Below the pieces are notes generated by a model, which was not told the DNA's origin, made no database searches, and was given only the letters and a program-made list of their open reading frames with translations. 64,000 nt of DNA from an uncultured Parvibacter sp. (lineage in GTDB: Bacteria; Actinomycetota; Coriobacteriia; Coriobacteriales; Eggerthellaceae). Of this stretch, positions 18,910-28,330 are shown piece after piece (position 1 is the first letter of the stretch; the number at the start of each line of letters is the position of its first letter). The translations under genes and the position numbers were made by a program. Location of the stretch: positions 10,283 to 74,282 of the forward strand of contig CAJUNI010000001.1 in NCBI GenBank assembly GCA_910587945.1, written 5' to 3'.

Positions 18910-20250
18910 ATGGCAAAGGACATTCCCTACGATCAGAAGTACTACGATCCAGAGATCGAATGCATGCCGCGCCCTGAGCTAGAGGCTCTTCAGCTCGAGC
19001 GCTTAAAAACCATGGTGCAGTACGCCTATGACAACACGGTGTATTACAAGCGCACCTTTGACGAGGCAGGGGTAAAACCCTCTGACATTACGAGCCTCAA
19101 AGACATTGAGAAATTCCCCTTCATTGATAAGAAGACTGAGCGGGAAACCCAGCATGTAGGGAGCTTCTTTGGTGAGATGTGCTCCGTACCGGAAGAGGAA
19201 GTTATCTTTATGGCTACCTCTTCGGGATCAACGGGAGTACCTACGGTAAGCCCCTTTACCCAAGAGGACTTTGACCTGTGGCAAGACACTGAGGCTCGTT
19301 TATTCTGGCAAGCCGGCATGCGCCCCAACGACCGCTACGTTCATGGCTTGAACTTTGCACTCTATGTGGGCGGCCCTGACGTTATCGGCGCACAGCGTTT
19401 GGGTGCTCTGGCCATTTGGGTGGGTGCCGTTCCCTCTGATCGCCTTTTGTTTGTGCTGAAGCAATACCAGCCCACCGTTATTTGGACTAGCCCCTCTTAC
19501 GCGTGGACTCTTGGCGAAAAGGCCAAAGAGAAGGGCTACGATCCCAAGACGGACTTCTCGATTCACACCATCATTGTGGCGGGTGAGCCGGGTGGCTCCA
19601 TTAAGTCCACGCGGGAAGCCATCGAGAACCTCTGGGGGGCAAAAGTTGTCGACTTCTTCGGCCTGTCGGACATTTACGGTGCCTGTGCTGCTATGTGTGA
19701 AGCCAAAGACGGTTTGCACATTGTGGAGGACCAAATCCTCGTAGAAACCGTGGATCCCAACACTGGGGAAGTCCTTGAGCCTGGTGAGTTGGGTGAGCTG
19801 GTCTATACCACGCTGACGAAGAAGGCGCGCCCGATGATTCGCTTCCGCACGGGCGACATCGGCTACGTTTCTAACGAAAAGTGCGAATGCGGTCGTACTC
19901 TTGCTCGTATTCATATCACCGGCCGTAAGGACGAGATGTTTATCGTGGGCGCGGTAAATGTATTCCCCACCGACATCGAGTATGTGGTTCGCGCCGAAGA
20001 GGGACTCACGGGCGAATATTCAATCCGCGTTTACGATCAGGACTTCACCACCAAATACGAGGTCTCGGTGGAGCGTGCTCAAAACTCCGAAGAGCCCTAT
20101 GACGAAGTGGCGAAGCGCGTGGAGAATGCTCTCAAAACGCACACTGGCGTGCGTCCGGCTAAGGTCATTGTCTATGACGCCGGCAAGCTGGGAACGTCTT
20201 CAGAACACAAGGCATCTCGCTTTGTGGATGAGCGCACCTCAGCGAAATAA
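18910..20250 (+). CDS. Phenylacetate-CoA ligase (PaaK)/coenzyme F390 synthetase-family adenylate-forming enzyme
   Basis: MAKDIPYDQKYYDPEIECMPRPELEALQLERLK, MATSSGSTGVPT (AMP-binding P-loop), and IRFRTGD. ATG 18910 has an AAGGAG Shine-Dalgarno; the ORF-track start at 18865 is less likely. Confidence 0.85.
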   Translation: MAKDIPYDQKYYDPEIECMPRPELEALQLERLKTMVQYAYDNTVYYKRTFDEAGVKPSDITSLKDIEKFPFIDKKTERETQHVGSFFGEMCSVPEEEVIFMATSSGSTGVPTVSPFTQEDFDLWQDTEARLFWQAGMRPNDRYVHGLNFALYVGGPDVIGAQRLGALAIWVGAVPSDRLLFVLKQYQPTVIWTSPSYAWTLGEKAKEKGYDPKTDFSIHTIIVAGEPGGSIKSTREAIENLWGAKVVDFFGLSDIYGACAAMCEAKDGLHIVEDQILVETVDPNTGEVLEPGELGELVYTTLTKKARPMIRFRTGDIGYVSNEKCECGRTLARIHITGRKDEMFIVGAVNVFPTDIEYVVRAEEGLTGEYSIRVYDQDFTTKYEVSVERAQNSEEPYDEVAKRVENALKTHTGVRPAKVIVYDAGKLGTSSEHKASRFVDERTSAK

Positions 20251-20469
20251 GCGCTTACTGCATTCAACCGACACGAAAGAAGCGACGCAGGAGAACACCC
20301 CCGGCAAGGCTCAAGATCCGCATGGGGGAACCCAGGGAAGGATTCGGCTCCTATTCCCTAGGAACAGCGGGCGCAGCAAATCCGCTACTATGAAACCTAT
20401 CACCTGCGGCGCAGCAGAAAATCTATTCGGGGCACATTCTGCTGTGCCCCAACTTTGAAAGGGGCATCT

Positions 20470-21126
20470 ATGAGCAAGACCTTCTCTATTTCAGGTCAGC
20501 ACTATCTATTCGATGTTCAGACGTTTGCTCAAGTGGTTCTGGCCGCTGGTGGGGAAGAGTATCACTACGCGCTCTATGACCGCACGACCCAAGGGGTCAT
20601 TGACGACGTGGTAAATGGCACCTCCGACCTTGGCGTGCTGTTCCAAACCACGGAAACGGCAGAAAAGTTGAACGAGGCCCTGGAAGTGGCCGGCTTGAAG
20701 TTCCATGAACTTATTCACAGCGCCCCCCGCGTCGCCTTGCCAGCAAGCCATCCATTGGTGAATGCCGATGCGCTCACGCTCGAGGCGTTATCGGACTATC
20801 CCTATATCTACTTCGATCAGGGCGTTGATGCTCCGGTGTGGCTCTATGAAGAAGCGCTGGCCGGGGTTCCTCGGGACAAGTCCATTGCTTGCACCGACCG
20901 CGCATCCCTGTCCGAACTGATTGTGGCGCTCAATGGCTATACGGTTACCAGTGGCATCTTGGTGGGCATTTCCGATGGCAGTCTGTTGAAGACGGTTCCC
21001 CTCGACACCGATGTCCGTCTCATCTTGGGTTATATCACTCGCGAGGATGCGGAACTCTCTGATCTGGAGCAGCGCTTTATCGAAAAGCTTGCGAAGAACC
21101 TGGAGCGCTATACCTCGTTATCTTAA
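20470..21126 (+). CDS. LysR substrate-binding-domain-only protein (no HTH)
   Basis: Alignable by eye to the C-terminal two thirds of the 17671-18591 LysR protein: HYLFDV/HYYFSL, GVIDDV/QIIDDV, DLGVLF/QVGILY, and LEALSDYPYIYFDQG/VEDLEEYPRISFEQG. No wHTH is present. ATG 20470 is preceded by GAAAGGGG. Confidence 0.7.
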   Translation: MSKTFSISGQHYLFDVQTFAQVVLAAGGEEYHYALYDRTTQGVIDDVVNGTSDLGVLFQTTETAEKLNEALEVAGLKFHELIHSAPRVALPASHPLVNADALTLEALSDYPYIYFDQGVDAPVWLYEEALAGVPRDKSIACTDRASLSELIVALNGYTVTSGILVGISDGSLLKTVPLDTDVRLILGYITREDAELSDLEQRFIEKLAKNLERYTSLS

Positions 21127-21262
21127 GAAGCACATCCAAGCGAGGTCAGGGCGGGGAATTCCGAACTAATCGCGGTTCCATCAGCACCTTTGAGGCTCCG
21201 TGGGGACAAATCCCCGCGGAGCTTTTCTACAATGGGGAAAAAGACCCAATAGAGAGGCTCCC

Positions 21263-22498
21263 ATGGTTTTAGACGATAAACTCATTTACGAAGATATTCA
21301 GGCTGAAGGTCATCTCATTGACTCCGATATTCTGTCCAAGATTATGGGCGGCATTGTGGAGTTGGATGGCGAATATGAAGTGCTTTCTCTCCATATTGGA
21401 CGCGGCAATGAAAACACCTCCACCATTACGATGCGCGTGTTTGGCAAAGACCACGCCCATCTTACTCAGATGCTGCGCTATCTCCATGGTCTCGGCGTAG
21501 CTCCTATTCATTCTCAAGATGCGCTCACTTTACCAGCGCCGGCCGATGGGGTATTTCCGGAAGAATTCTATGCCACTACCAATTTAGTTACCCAAGTTCG
21601 GCTGGGTCAGCACTGGCATACCGTCGCTAATACGGAAATGGACTTGGGTCTGGTGGTGGACCCCGCCGACCAAAGCGTGCGAGGGGTGCCGGTTGCTGAG
21701 GTTCGCCAGGGCGATGCGGTGGTAGTGGGTCAGCAAGGTATTCGCGTCCTGTTCCAAGAGCGTCCCCGTGAAAAAGAAGCCTTCGAGTTCATGAACTCTA
21801 CCGCCTCCAGTGAAAAGCCCAAAGAGCAAATCATTCGTCAGGTGGCAGCCCTGCTCAAAGAAGTGCGCGCTGCTCAGAAAGACGTGATTGCCGTAGTGGG
21901 GCCAGCCATTATTCATACTGGTGCTGCTAAAGATCTCATCCGTCTGGTGAAGGCAGGCTATGTCACGGTGTTGTTTGGCGGCAATGCGGTGGCTACCCAT
22001 GACATCGAGTCAGCGCTCTACGGAACGTCGCTGGGCATTGATCTTTCCACCGGTCTGTCGGTACCCTCGGGTCATGAGCATCACTTGCGCGCCATTAATC
22101 GCATTCGGGGTTGTGGCTCTATTGCTCAAGCGGTGGAAGAAGGAGTACTCACCGAGGGTCTTATGTATACCTTGGTGCAAACCGAAACGCCTTTTGTGCT
22201 TGCCGGGTCAATTCGGGATGACGGCCCGCTACCCGATGTCATTACCGACACCGTGAAGGCTCAGGATGCCATGCGCCCTTGGTGTCAGAAAGCGGGTGCC
22301 TGCATCATGATGTCTACCATGCTGCACTCCATTGCAACGGGCAATATGCTTCCCGCTTCTGTCACCACGGTCTGTGTAGATATCAATCCTGCAGTGGTGA
22401 CAAAGTTGTCGGACCGGGGAAGTTTCCAGACCATAGGCATCATTACTGATGTCGGGCTATTCTTGAAGTCCTTAGCGGATGAACTTGAGTGTGACTAG
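21263..22498 (+). CDS. TIGR00300-type protein (LOR/SDH N-terminal-like plus ornithine-cyclodeaminase-like domain)
   Basis: N-terminus DDKLIYEDIQAEGHLIDSDILSKIMGGIVELDGEYEVL, and a central GPAIIHTGAAKDLIRLVKAGYVTVLFGGNAVATHDIE, recalled as typical of this family. ATG 21263 is preceded by AGAGAGG. Confidence 0.6.
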   Translation: MVLDDKLIYEDIQAEGHLIDSDILSKIMGGIVELDGEYEVLSLHIGRGNENTSTITMRVFGKDHAHLTQMLRYLHGLGVAPIHSQDALTLPAPADGVFPEEFYATTNLVTQVRLGQHWHTVANTEMDLGLVVDPADQSVRGVPVAEVRQGDAVVVGQQGIRVLFQERPREKEAFEFMNSTASSEKPKEQIIRQVAALLKEVRAAQKDVIAVVGPAIIHTGAAKDLIRLVKAGYVTVLFGGNAVATHDIESALYGTSLGIDLSTGLSVPSGHEHHLRAINRIRGCGSIAQAVEEGVLTEGLMYTLVQTETPFVLAGSIRDDGPLPDVITDTVKAQDAMRPWCQKAGACIMMSTMLHSIATGNMLPASVTTVCVDINPAVVTKLSDRGSFQTIGIITDVGLFLKSLADELECD

Positions 22499-22529
22499 GG
22501 TTTCTCTGAGATCTAAGGAGCGTTGAGTC

Positions 22530-22928
22530 ATGGGAGATTTTTCCGAGCGCGTGTTTGCGGTCGTGCAACAGATTCCGCGAGGGAAAGTTGCCACCTATGG
22601 ACAAGTGGGTCGCCTCATTGGCGCTCCTCGCTCGGCGCGCTACGTGGGCTATGCTCTGCGCTCTAATCCTGCTCCGGGAGTAGATCCTGCCTCTATTCCT
22701 TGTCATCGAGTGGTATTTAAAGATGGTGCCATGGCTTCGGGGTTTGCCTTTGGAGGTCCGGAGATTCAGCGGAAGATGCTGGAAGAAGAAGGGGTAATCT
22801 TCACTGACGAGGGAAAGGTGGCCATGGAGGTTTCTCAATGGGATGGTTCCACCGCTATTCCCGGTAGTGAACCCGCCTCGCCGCCCGCGGACTTCGATTG
22901 GGCCCGGGAGCTGGGCGACATCGAGTAG
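22530..22928 (+). CDS. MGMT/Ogt-family protein (methylated-DNA--protein-cysteine methyltransferase DNA-binding/active-site domain only)
   Basis: IPRGKVATYGQVGRLIG and the active-site IPCHRVV motif. The short form lacks the N-terminal Ogt domain. Confidence 0.8.
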   Translation: MGDFSERVFAVVQQIPRGKVATYGQVGRLIGAPRSARYVGYALRSNPAPGVDPASIPCHRVVFKDGAMASGFAFGGPEIQRKMLEEEGVIFTDEGKVAMEVSQWDGSTAIPGSEPASPPADFDWARELGDIE

Positions 22929-23057
22929 CGCGCCTCACAAACCGGGATTTCCGAGGAATTCGCCGCGGCAGACCCTGAGCCAACGGAGCGATTGCTATGA
23001 TGAACATTCCCGCTTCTGGATGGGAAGCGGTTCAATCCTTGAAAGATTGAGGTAGCG

Positions 23058-24350
23058 ATGATTGAAATACTATGGCATGGTCGCGGAGGCCAAGGGGCTT
23101 TCACGGCGGCACGACTCTTAGGAGCGGCGGCTTCGTTGGAGGAAAGCCTCTATGGGCTGGCGTTTCCCTCCTTTGGCCCGGAACGCCGGGGCGCTCCCAT
23201 GCGTGCGTTTACGAAAGTGGCTGACCGCCCGATAGGGGATCGAAGCGCCATCAGTTCCGCCGACTATGTGGTGTATCTCGACGACACGCTGTTTAGCTTT
23301 GATCCGGCCGAAGAGGATCCCGCTTGGGCCCAGGAACTCAAACCCGGTGGGCGAGTGCTGGTTAACAGCACCGAGGAGTTTGCCGATCCGCGGGTGCTGA
23401 GCATTGACGCCAACGGACTTTCCGAAACTATTTTGGGACGGCCCATTCCTAACACGGTATTTCTGGGTGCCTTGGCGGCCCTCGACGATTCGCTCACGTT
23501 ATCGGCGATGGAAGAAGCCATTCGCCAGCTCATGGCCCCTAAACTGCACGAGAAGAATTGCGCTATTGTGCGCCAGGCCTATGAGGAGGTGCTAGAGCAG
23601 AAGCGCCAGCGGGACTACTCAGAGGAGGAGTCGCGCAACGCTACGGCACAGTCCTCTTATGCCGACAATGAGGAGCAGGCAGGCGAAGCGGAGGGTCACT
23701 CTCAGGCCCCCGCGGAAGCTCAAGCAGTCACGCTCGCCGGGGAGCATGCGGGCTCCGGTCAACAAGCCACCGCCGATGTTTCTCGTGAAACGCTCACTCC
23801 CGGCCGAAACCCTCAAGCACTGATTCCCCAGCTGAGAGATACTCACGACACGGCGGCACCGAGTTTGGACCCGGCAGTGTTCGCCCAGAATACCTGCTAT
23901 CAAGCCGGTCATTTAGTGACTCGCAATGCGGGATGGCGCAATCAGCGCCCCGTAATCAGCGCTGATGTCTGTACCGGATGCTTGCAGTGTTATCTCTATT
24001 GCCCAGATGGCACTATCTATAAGACGGGCGCCACAAAAGACGAGCTGGCTCAAGAGCGGCCCGGGTTTACCGCGGTGGCTATCGATTATGACTTCTGTAA
24101 AGGCTGCGGGATTTGCGCGAAGGTTTGTCGCTTCGATGCCATTGCCATGATTCCGGAGCAAGAGGCCCAAGAGGCGGAAACGCTGGCTGCCACCCAACAA
24201 GTAGTGGGGCTGGGGGTCGATAGCGCAGACGCCATCATGAGCAATGAATATGGAGAGCCGCTGAGTGCGGAAGAAGCGGCGGCAGGCGAGAAGCTCGCGG
24301 CTCAGTGGCTGGCAGAATTTGAACAGGCGAGTGGGGAGGCCCATCGATGA
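23058..24350 (+). CDS. 2-oxoacid:ferredoxin oxidoreductase, fused gamma subunit and delta (2x[4Fe-4S] ferredoxin) subunit
   Basis: Gamma N-terminus MIEILWHGRGGQGAFTAARLLG. A low-complexity linker of about 90 aa follows. Delta part: CTGCLQCYLYCPDG ... CKGCGICAKVCRFDAI. Confidence 0.85.
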   Translation: MIEILWHGRGGQGAFTAARLLGAAASLEESLYGLAFPSFGPERRGAPMRAFTKVADRPIGDRSAISSADYVVYLDDTLFSFDPAEEDPAWAQELKPGGRVLVNSTEEFADPRVLSIDANGLSETILGRPIPNTVFLGALAALDDSLTLSAMEEAIRQLMAPKLHEKNCAIVRQAYEEVLEQKRQRDYSEEESRNATAQSSYADNEEQAGEAEGHSQAPAEAQAVTLAGEHAGSGQQATADVSRETLTPGRNPQALIPQLRDTHDTAAPSLDPAVFAQNTCYQAGHLVTRNAGWRNQRPVISADVCTGCLQCYLYCPDGTIYKTGATKDELAQERPGFTAVAIDYDFCKGCGICAKVCRFDAIAMIPEQEAQEAETLAATQQVVGLGVDSADAIMSNEYGEPLSAEEAAAGEKLAAQWLAEFEQASGEAHR

Positions 24351-25579
24351 AGCAATTTCTTTCAGGGGACGAGGCCTTGGCAGAAGGGGTTCGCCTGGCG
24401 CGACCTCAGGTAATTTCCGCCTACCCCATCACTCCTCAAACCGTGGTAGTTGAACGCCTTTCCGAGATGGTGGAAGAGGGCGAGCTTCAGGCCGAGTACG
24501 TCCATGTGGAATCAGAACATTCGGCGCTGAGCTGCGCTATGGGAGCATCGGCTACGGGGGCGCGGACCTTTACCGCCACCTCAAGCCAAGGTTTGCTCTA
24601 CATGGCCGAGGTGTTGACCTACGCGGCGGGCGGCCGATTCCCCATTGTGATGATGAATGCTAACCGCGCCACTGCGCTCCCCTGGAATATTTACGGGGAC
24701 CAGCGCGATTCCTTAGCGCTACTGGACCACGGATGGATTCAAGCCTACGCGAAGGACAACCAAGAAGCGTTGGACCTAGCTCTTATGGCCTATCGCATTG
24801 CGGAGGACCCGCGAGTAAGTACACCGTTCATGATTAATCTTGATGGGTTTGCCCTCACGCACACCTACGAAACGGTGGACGTGCCTGAGCAATCCCAAGC
24901 CGACGCCTACCTGCCGCCCTACACCACGAGCAATCGGTTTGACTTTGGGCAGCCGGTCAACCTTGGTTATTCCGCCGGTCCCGAATACAACCGCTATTAC
25001 AAATACGAGGCCCATCGGGCGCTTGAGGCTACAGCAGCAGTTATTGAGGAAGCCGAAGCGCAATTTACAGAGGTCTTTGGGCGCCCCTATAGCGGCATGA
25101 TTGAGGCCTACCAGGCTGAAGACGCGGAATATATTCTGGTCACGCTTGGCTCCATCAGCGGGTTGGTGGCTCAAGTGGTAGACAAGCTCCGCGCTCAGGG
25201 CCAGGCAGTGGGGATGGTTCGCGTTCGCTATATGCGGCCGTTCCCCGCAGCCCAACTTGCCCAGGCCTTGGATTCCTGTCGGGCGTTCGGGGTGTTGGAA
25301 AAAGACATTTCCTTTGGCGCAGAGGGAACCTTGTTTACCAATGTGTGTTCTGCGCTGTACCAAGGGGGTGTAACCGCGCCGGGCGTGAACGTGATCGGGG
25401 GCCTTGGCGGCGATGACATCACTGATGGCCAGATTGAAGCCATCTTTACGGAACTGCAGCAACGAGCTGCGCTGAGTGAAGCCCATCAAGAAGTCCAAGA
25501 AGAACTGCCGTCGGTTATTTTCTTGGGAATTGAGGAACCAGCCGTAAGCGCAGATTCTGCTCGGGGGGAGGTGCACTAA
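24347..25579 (+). CDS. 2-oxoacid:ferredoxin oxidoreductase alpha subunit
   Basis: GDEALAEGVRLARPQVISAYPITPQT...ESEHSALSCAMGASATGARTFTATSSQGL. Its start overlaps the upstream stop by 4 nt. Confidence 0.88.
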   Translation: MKQFLSGDEALAEGVRLARPQVISAYPITPQTVVVERLSEMVEEGELQAEYVHVESEHSALSCAMGASATGARTFTATSSQGLLYMAEVLTYAAGGRFPIVMMNANRATALPWNIYGDQRDSLALLDHGWIQAYAKDNQEALDLALMAYRIAEDPRVSTPFMINLDGFALTHTYETVDVPEQSQADAYLPPYTTSNRFDFGQPVNLGYSAGPEYNRYYKYEAHRALEATAAVIEEAEAQFTEVFGRPYSGMIEAYQAEDAEYILVTLGSISGLVAQVVDKLRAQGQAVGMVRVRYMRPFPAAQLAQALDSCRAFGVLEKDISFGAEGTLFTNVCSALYQGGVTAPGVNVIGGLGGDDITDGQIEAIFTELQQRAALSEAHQEVQEELPSVIFLGIEEPAVSADSARGEVH

Positions 25580-26508
25580 TGGTCATGCAAGGAAAACCAA
25601 CAGCTGCATCGATAGGCGATGACGAGCTGTTCTTTGGTCATAAGGCCTGTGCGGGCTGCGGCGGTAGTTTGGCTGTGCGCGCAGCGCTGAAGGTGCTCGG
25701 ACCTCAGGCGGTATGCGCGTTGCCGGCCGGATGTATGAGCGCCGTGGGCTTCAACTTCCCTCAATTATGCTTTGCCAACAATGCCATGATTACTCCCTTT
25801 GCCGCCACAGCTGCCGTGCTCACGGGCATCGAAGCGGGCCTGCGTGCCCAAGGTAAAAAGCCTGAGGATTGCACCGTGGTAGGGTTTGCGGGCGACGGAG
25901 GTACCGCCGATATTGGCTTGCAGGCGCTATCGGGAGCTATCGATCGCAATGACGATATTCTCTACATTTGCTATGACAACGAAGCCTATATGAACACCGG
26001 CATCCAGAAGAGTTCGCTCACTCCGTTTGGGGCCAAGACCACGACCACTCCCGCCGGCCATAATGCCCACGGGTGTTTGACTCAAAAGAAGAACCTCTTC
26101 GAGATTGTGGCCGCCCACGGTATTCCCTATGCAGCAACGGCCTCCATTGGGTATCTGCCAGATTTCATGGAGAAAGTTCAGAAAGCAGCGTCGATCCCTG
26201 GCACAAAGTACATTCATGTCATAGCGCCCTGTCCGACCGGTTGGGGCTGTGCGGTGGATGAAACGGTAGAATTGGCCAAGGAAATTGTGGATTGCGGTCT
26301 CTGGTATTTAGCGGAATACGAAGGCCCCACTCAAAGCGGTCAGCCGGGTGGCGTCTTTAGGCTTAACAAACGACCGAAAGCATTCAGCAGTGTGCAAGAT
26401 TATTTGAAGCGCCAAGGGCGATTTAAAGCCCTTACTGAGGAAGAACTTGCTATGGTGGAACAAGGGCGCGACGAGCAGTGGGAGCGCATTACCAGCCAGT
26501 GGAATTAA
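25579..26508 (+). CDS. 2-oxoacid:ferredoxin oxidoreductase beta subunit (TPP-binding)
   Basis: HKACAGCGGSLAVR and the TPP motif GFAGDGGTADIGLQALSGA...YICYDNEAYMNTG. The ATG overlaps the upstream TAA. Confidence 0.88.
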   Translation: MVMQGKPTAASIGDDELFFGHKACAGCGGSLAVRAALKVLGPQAVCALPAGCMSAVGFNFPQLCFANNAMITPFAATAAVLTGIEAGLRAQGKKPEDCTVVGFAGDGGTADIGLQALSGAIDRNDDILYICYDNEAYMNTGIQKSSLTPFGAKTTTTPAGHNAHGCLTQKKNLFEIVAAHGIPYAATASIGYLPDFMEKVQKAASIPGTKYIHVIAPCPTGWGCAVDETVELAKEIVDCGLWYLAEYEGPTQSGQPGGVFRLNKRPKAFSSVQDYLKRQGRFKALTEEELAMVEQGRDEQWERITSQWN

Positions 26509-26517
26509 GGGGGCGCC

Positions 26518-28047
26518 ATGGAAGAAGAATTGAGCTTCAACGATCTCCTCATTAACATCACCGGAGTGATCGATGACTTCATGTATACCTACATCTTGGT
26601 ATTTCTGCTTGTCATCGTAGGTGTTTGGTTCACGGTCAGAACCAAAGCCGTGCAAATTCGCTATATCAAAGACATGTTTACCCAGCTGGTGGAAAAGAAG
26701 CATGTCGAAGGGAAGAAATCCATTTCTTCCTTCCAGGCGCTTATGGTCTCCACGGCCTCGCGGGTAGGCACGGGAAATATCGCGGGTATCGCCACCGCCA
26801 TTGCCGCCGGAGGTCCAGGCGCGGTGTTTTGGATGTGGCTGATGGCCATTGTCGGTTCTGCCTCAGCATTCATCGAGTCAACCTTGGCCCAGATCTTCAA
26901 AGTGAAAGCCGATGAAGGCTCGTTCCGCGGTGGTCCTGCCTACTACATTCAGCAGGGATTGGGGAAGCGCTGGCTGGGCGTCATATTCGCCATTGCCTTG
27001 ATCCTTTGCTTTGCTTTTGGATTCAATGGGCTTCAGGCGTTCAACATGGCCTCTTCGTTGGAGCACTACATTCCGGATTACGCCACCAACGGAACGGCGG
27101 TAGCCCTTGGATTGGTGACTTGCGTATTCACGGCCTTCGTCATTTTTGGTGGGGCGAAGCGTATTTCTATCATCACCTCCATCATCGTACCCATTATGGC
27201 TATTGCCTACATTGCCTTAGCCATCTGGACCACCTTGACCAATGTGGGAGAAATCCCCGCTGTGTTTGCGCTCATTTTTGAGTCAGCCTTTGACTTCCAG
27301 TCCATCGCGGGCGGTTTTGCGGGATCGGTAGTCATGCTTGGCATCAAGCGTGGCCTGTTCTCCAACGAAGCCGGCATGGGTTCTGCGCCGAACGCTGCAG
27401 CTACGGCATCGGTTTCTCATCCCTGTAAGCAAGGGTTGGTGCAAAGCCTTTCGGTGTACATTGACACCCTGGTGATTTGCACTTGTTCAGCCATGATGGT
27501 GCTCATCTTCTTTGTACAGAACCCGGAGCTGGCGGCAAGCTATGACGGCATGGCGTTGGTGCAGCAAGCGGTGAATAATTCGGTGGGCGAAGTAGGCATT
27601 CATTTCATCACCTTCGCCATTTTTGCGTTTGCTTTCTCAAGCATTATTGGTAACTACTTCTACGCCGAGAGCAACATTCGGTTCATCTCTACGAACAAAT
27701 GGGTGCTGCTCATTTTCCGCCTGTTCTGCTTGGCTGCTATTTTCTACGGCGCGGTTAACAGCTTTGCTTTGGCTTGGAACTTGGCCGATATCTTCATGGG
27801 ATTCATGGCGATCATCAACCTGGTGGCCATCATGCTGCTGGGTAAATGGGCTTTGAAAGCGCTGGACGATTACACGCGCCAGCGTCGCCAAGGGATAGAT
27901 CCGGTGTTTGTAGCTGACTCTATTCCGGGATTGCCGCGCACCGAGTGCTGGCACATGGACCATGTGGACAGCTATGGCGAACAACCCATCAAAGAATACC
28001 TGGACGAAGCTTTGGATGCTCATGGGGAAGTAGACGGGTTGCAATAG
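26518..28047 (+). CDS. Alanine/glycine:cation symporter (AGCS) family transporter
   Basis: 509 aa, polytopic. Motifs SSFQALMVSTASRVGTGNIAGIATAIAAGGPGAVFWMW and GLFSNEAGMGSAPNAAA. Confidence 0.88.
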   Translation: MEEELSFNDLLINITGVIDDFMYTYILVFLLVIVGVWFTVRTKAVQIRYIKDMFTQLVEKKHVEGKKSISSFQALMVSTASRVGTGNIAGIATAIAAGGPGAVFWMWLMAIVGSASAFIESTLAQIFKVKADEGSFRGGPAYYIQQGLGKRWLGVIFAIALILCFAFGFNGLQAFNMASSLEHYIPDYATNGTAVALGLVTCVFTAFVIFGGAKRISIITSIIVPIMAIAYIALAIWTTLTNVGEIPAVFALIFESAFDFQSIAGGFAGSVVMLGIKRGLFSNEAGMGSAPNAAATASVSHPCKQGLVQSLSVYIDTLVICTCSAMMVLIFFVQNPELAASYDGMALVQQAVNNSVGEVGIHFITFAIFAFAFSSIIGNYFYAESNIRFISTNKWVLLIFRLFCLAAIFYGAVNSFALAWNLADIFMGFMAIINLVAIMLLGKWALKALDDYTRQRRQGIDPVFVADSIPGLPRTECWHMDHVDSYGEQPIKEYLDEALDAHGEVDGLQ

Positions 28048-28330
28048 AACATGGTGAAGTCGGCTGCATGCAGCGTGGCGCGAAGCTCTCGACGGCTTTG
28101 GGAGTTGGATGTCTATCGACAGTTGGAAGGACCCTCAGCCGAGGGAGCGACCGTTCCTGTAAGCAGCTCGGAGGATGACGGGGGCAGCCGCTAGCCCTGT
28201 GGGGGGAAGTGTCTGTGAGGGAAGCAGGGCGTGCTTCGCTGGGTTCGCTTATTTGAGAGGCTGCTTAAAAAATCGGGATAGACTCTGAGGAAGTTCGAGT
28301 AATCACCGCCGAGGATGCAGGCGCCTGGGC

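Noticed and set aside
22929-23057. Hairpin CCGCTTC-TGGATGG-GAAGCGG between the MGMT-like gene and the oxidoreductase genes, considered as a terminator.
   Set aside because: It has no downstream T-run and the stem is only 7 bp. This is not convincing as an intrinsic terminator.
24776-25576. 266-aa minus-strand ORF. Similar cases are 33604-34371, 32941-33570, 19300-19914, 16727-17194 and 15700-16504.
   Set aside because: Each overlaps and is antisense to a gene with clear family motifs (oxidoreductase alpha, PucR, PaaK-like, M28-like). None has motifs of its own.
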